A program made the position numbers and the translations under genes. Below the pieces are notes generated by a model. It did no database searches. It saw nothing but the letters and a program-made list of their open reading frames with translations, and had not been told where the DNA came from. This document shows, one piece after another, positions 61,101 through 64,000 of a DNA stretch of 64,000 nucleotides (position 1 is its first letter; every line of letters begins with the position of its first letter). The DNA comes from Takakia lepidozioides (Eukaryota > Plantae > Bryophyta), in NCBI GenBank assembly GCA_030704615.1, contig CM060732.1, positions 58,218,001-58,282,000 on the forward strand, given 5' to 3'.

Positions 61101-64000
61101 TGTCGCGCACCTCACTTCGGTAAACTCCCCTTCAAGTCATAGTTAACCGCTTTGATGCGCGCGCCTGACTCCCAACCTGGCCGCCGGGCCAACTTGGAGT
61201 TTCGGCTACTCACCGGGACATAACGGTCCCCCATTTGCTTCCTCTAAAACCCTCCACCTATTTGGGACTAGGAGAATTCCCTTTGGTAGATGGCAGTCCG
61301 GAACAGCTCCCCACTCTTTGGTCGCTTTCCGGCTCGCACGATTACTCACTAGTTTTTGGTCACCAACGGGCTTGCACCGTTCTCGGGGGTTACTACTCCC
61401 TATATATACTTCTGTAGCTGTCCGCGGGGGTTTCATAACCAGCCATGCCATTTTATGGCGAACCACCACGAAAACCCTCGACTCCCGGTGGTGAGTCGCG
61501 GTGAGTCTTGGCCCACTCACCGCGGCCCCAATGGACCATGATGAGTCCCAAGACTCCCCACGACTCCCACCTCGAGGTCTCCACCCCATGGTGAGTCCTA
61601 TGCCACCCCCACTAAGTCCCACTAAGCTACCACCACCCCTTGTGGAGCCACCTCCACCGCAACCGGTGTGCGGGGCTCCACCTAGTGAGCGCCTCCGCCT
61701 CCTTGAGTGCCTTGGGCACTCAAGGGTGCTTCAGCCCCCCATACCTATCGCGCCGCTGCCCCCACCACAGGGCAGCCCCTCATGTGTCCCGACCCCCTGC
61801 CCTCAAGGCAAAGGGCCGCGACACACCCCCTACCAACAGGGAGTCGATGTCCTCATCGACTTGTCCATTTTGTAGAAACGAACATCCAAGTTGTGGCGTC
61901 CCACATCAAGGAGTGTTTTCCGTACCATGGCGTCCCATGGCAAAGAACCAAACCCCACACTTGACTCCACTCTCCACTAGCTAGTTCGGCCGACTTCCTC
62001 CAAGTCCCGGCCAAGGGTGGAGCCTCTCCAGCTCCTCCAGTGCACTCTTCTTGGCCTACTTCAAGGCCAAGGAACGATCCTCCCCGAGGATCGAATCGCC
62101 TTACTGCAACACATTGCTTGCGATCGCTCATGATGCCGCTTTTGGCATCACCTTGAGCAAGGGTTCACCTGGAACCCTCTTTGACTAGGAAGATAACCTT
62201 GAACCAACCGTGCGCCCCAATCACTACAATTGGGTCCGCCTTGGAATGCTGGCCTGAGGTACAGGAACACGCCGAAGCCGCACTACGACTTCGTCCCGAG
62301 GCTACACGATTATAGTACGTGAACGGAAGCACGTAGCTTCCGCGTTAGCCCGCACTACAAGGCAACCCCCTCGGTAGCGCAGTTATAGTACGCGCACGCG
62401 CCAGGTGCGCACTAGCACGTGAACTCCCAAATAAGGCGCAAGTTTCCTTGCCCCTTGGATGGGAGTCACCCGATTTCGGCACTGCGCAAACACACGATTA
62501 ACTCAATTTACCTCTCCTACTTTTGTAAGCTAGCATGCATTCTACACACTAGTCAACCACACCATGCATCACCATTTCAAACATAATAGGACGCACAATA
62601 TTTGGAACCCATTTCCTTTATAACAAATTTTGTACAATACAAGTTTTTGCAATCGGATTCCTGAGCTAGCTAAACCGGGCTAAGCATGCATTTCCTCCCC
62701 CACGCTCCAAGGTTGATGTCCCCATCAACGTTTCTTCCGCTTTTGAGGTCGCCCTTCGAACGCTGCAACTGCCTCGGATGCGTTTCCCATTTCTGAGGCA
62801 CGCACCCAAGATGCCTCCACAAGATGATAGCCCTTCCATTTGACGAGATACTCCGTTTCTCGGTTCTTGAACCTCCTCGACTTAAGTATTGCCTCCACCT
62901 CGTACTCGGTTCATTTTCATGATCCAACAGCATAGGTGGCGGACGCAACACTTGCTGCCGATTCGGACGTGCTTCATCTTTGAAGTAAGGCTTCAAAAGG
63001 GAGACATGGAATACTGGGGCACCTTGCTGTTTGCCGGCAGCTCCAATTCATACACATCCTCATTCATAACCCTCCGAATGCGAAAGGGACCCGCATACGG
63101 AGGTACGAACTTCGGACTCACTTCCGGAGGTAGTCGAAAATTCTTGATGTTCAACCAGACCTCTGTGCCTGCCTCAAACTTCACTTCCCTCCGCTTCCAA
63201 TTCGCCTGCCTTTCATACCGTTTCCTAGCTTTGGCAATGTTGTACTTTGCGAGCTTCAACAAACGCTCGCGTTCTTCCAGCACCGCCGCTACTGCCGGTT
63301 CCTCAACGTCCTGGGCGGCCCAACTTGTCGGCACCAGAGGTGCTTTTCCATAGACCAACACAAAAGGGGAAATTCCCGTCGCGGAGTGTTCTGTGTTATT
63401 ATAACAGAACTCTGCCGCGTCTAAGTGTTCCATCCAGTCTGATTGGTCTGCCGACACGTAATTCCGCAAGAATTGCTTCACTACGGAATTCACTCTTTCC
63501 GTTTGGCCGTCCGTCGTAGGTCGGAAGGCGGTGCTCATCTTCAGCCTCGTCCCCATCTTCTTCCAAAGTGCTCTCCAAAATTTACTCGTAAACTTTGGGT
63601 CGCGGTCCGAGACAATATCCTTCGGGACTCCATGATGCTTTAAGACGTGGGCGAAGTAAAGTCGCCCTGTCTCCTGCGCAGTTGCCGTCTCCTTGGTGGG
63701 GATGAAATGGGCCATTTTACTGAACCTATCTACCACCACCATGATTGCATCGAATCCTTTTGACAGCGGCATAGCAGTCATGAAATCCATCGAGACGCTT
63801 TCCCAAGTCCCCTCTGGAATCGGCAAGGGTTGTAACAGCCCCGCTTGCTTTTTGTACTCGCTCCGGTTTTGTTGGCATGTGGTGCATGTCTTGACATACT
63901 CCTCTGCCTCCTCCCTCAGTTTGGGCCAGAAATACTCTTTCTTCAAGAGTGCCGCAGTGCGCTTGGCTCCGCCGTGGCCCGCAAGCAGGCTATCATGGCA
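61101..64000 (-). mobile_element. Ty3/gypsy chromovirus 3' part: integrase, chromodomain, PPT and 3' LTR (61101-62690)
   Basis: YFWP..YVKTCTTCQ; SMDF; VSDRDPKFTS; TDGQTER; GPF. After frameshifts comes EYEVEAILKSR...EYLVKWKGY..EASW. The PPT GGGGGAGGAAA is followed by TGCATG, and the LTR ends GCGACA at 61101. Confidence 0.95.

Overview
Eukaryotic nuclear DNA, most likely from a non-seed land plant such as a hornwort, other bryophyte, lycophyte or fern. This is inferred from the many PLS/E/DYW PPR sequences, a TTLL tubulin-ligase fragment and a chromodomain-bearing Ty3/gypsy element. The window is a mosaic of transposons and gene fragments. Near-intact genes are a 7-exon MnmA/TRMU tRNA 2-thiouridylase, a long PLS-E PPR gene, an intronless RPS10 and a coiled-coil+BTB gene. 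Fragments or pseudogenes include TL20.3 pentapeptide, TTLL, a CYP85-clan P450 3' half, PyrD/RibD, TPR and several PPR/DYW pieces. Mobile elements are a CACTA transposase, Ty1/copia, LINE pieces, a PIF/Harbinger-type TIR element carrying gene fragments, and a chromovirus. The most unusual object is a 6.37-kb gag-bearing element at 54015-60387 with split direct repeats (A...B-A-B). It has TG..CA ends, a 4-bp TSD confirmed by the empty paralogous site, a PPT before B and a self-complementary PBS after A, so it reads as a circularly permuted two-LTR circle integrated through a site inside its LTR. Many single-base indels, one inside conserved MnmA, suggest some frameshifts are assembly errors. All protein family calls are from motif recognition by eye; no searches were run.
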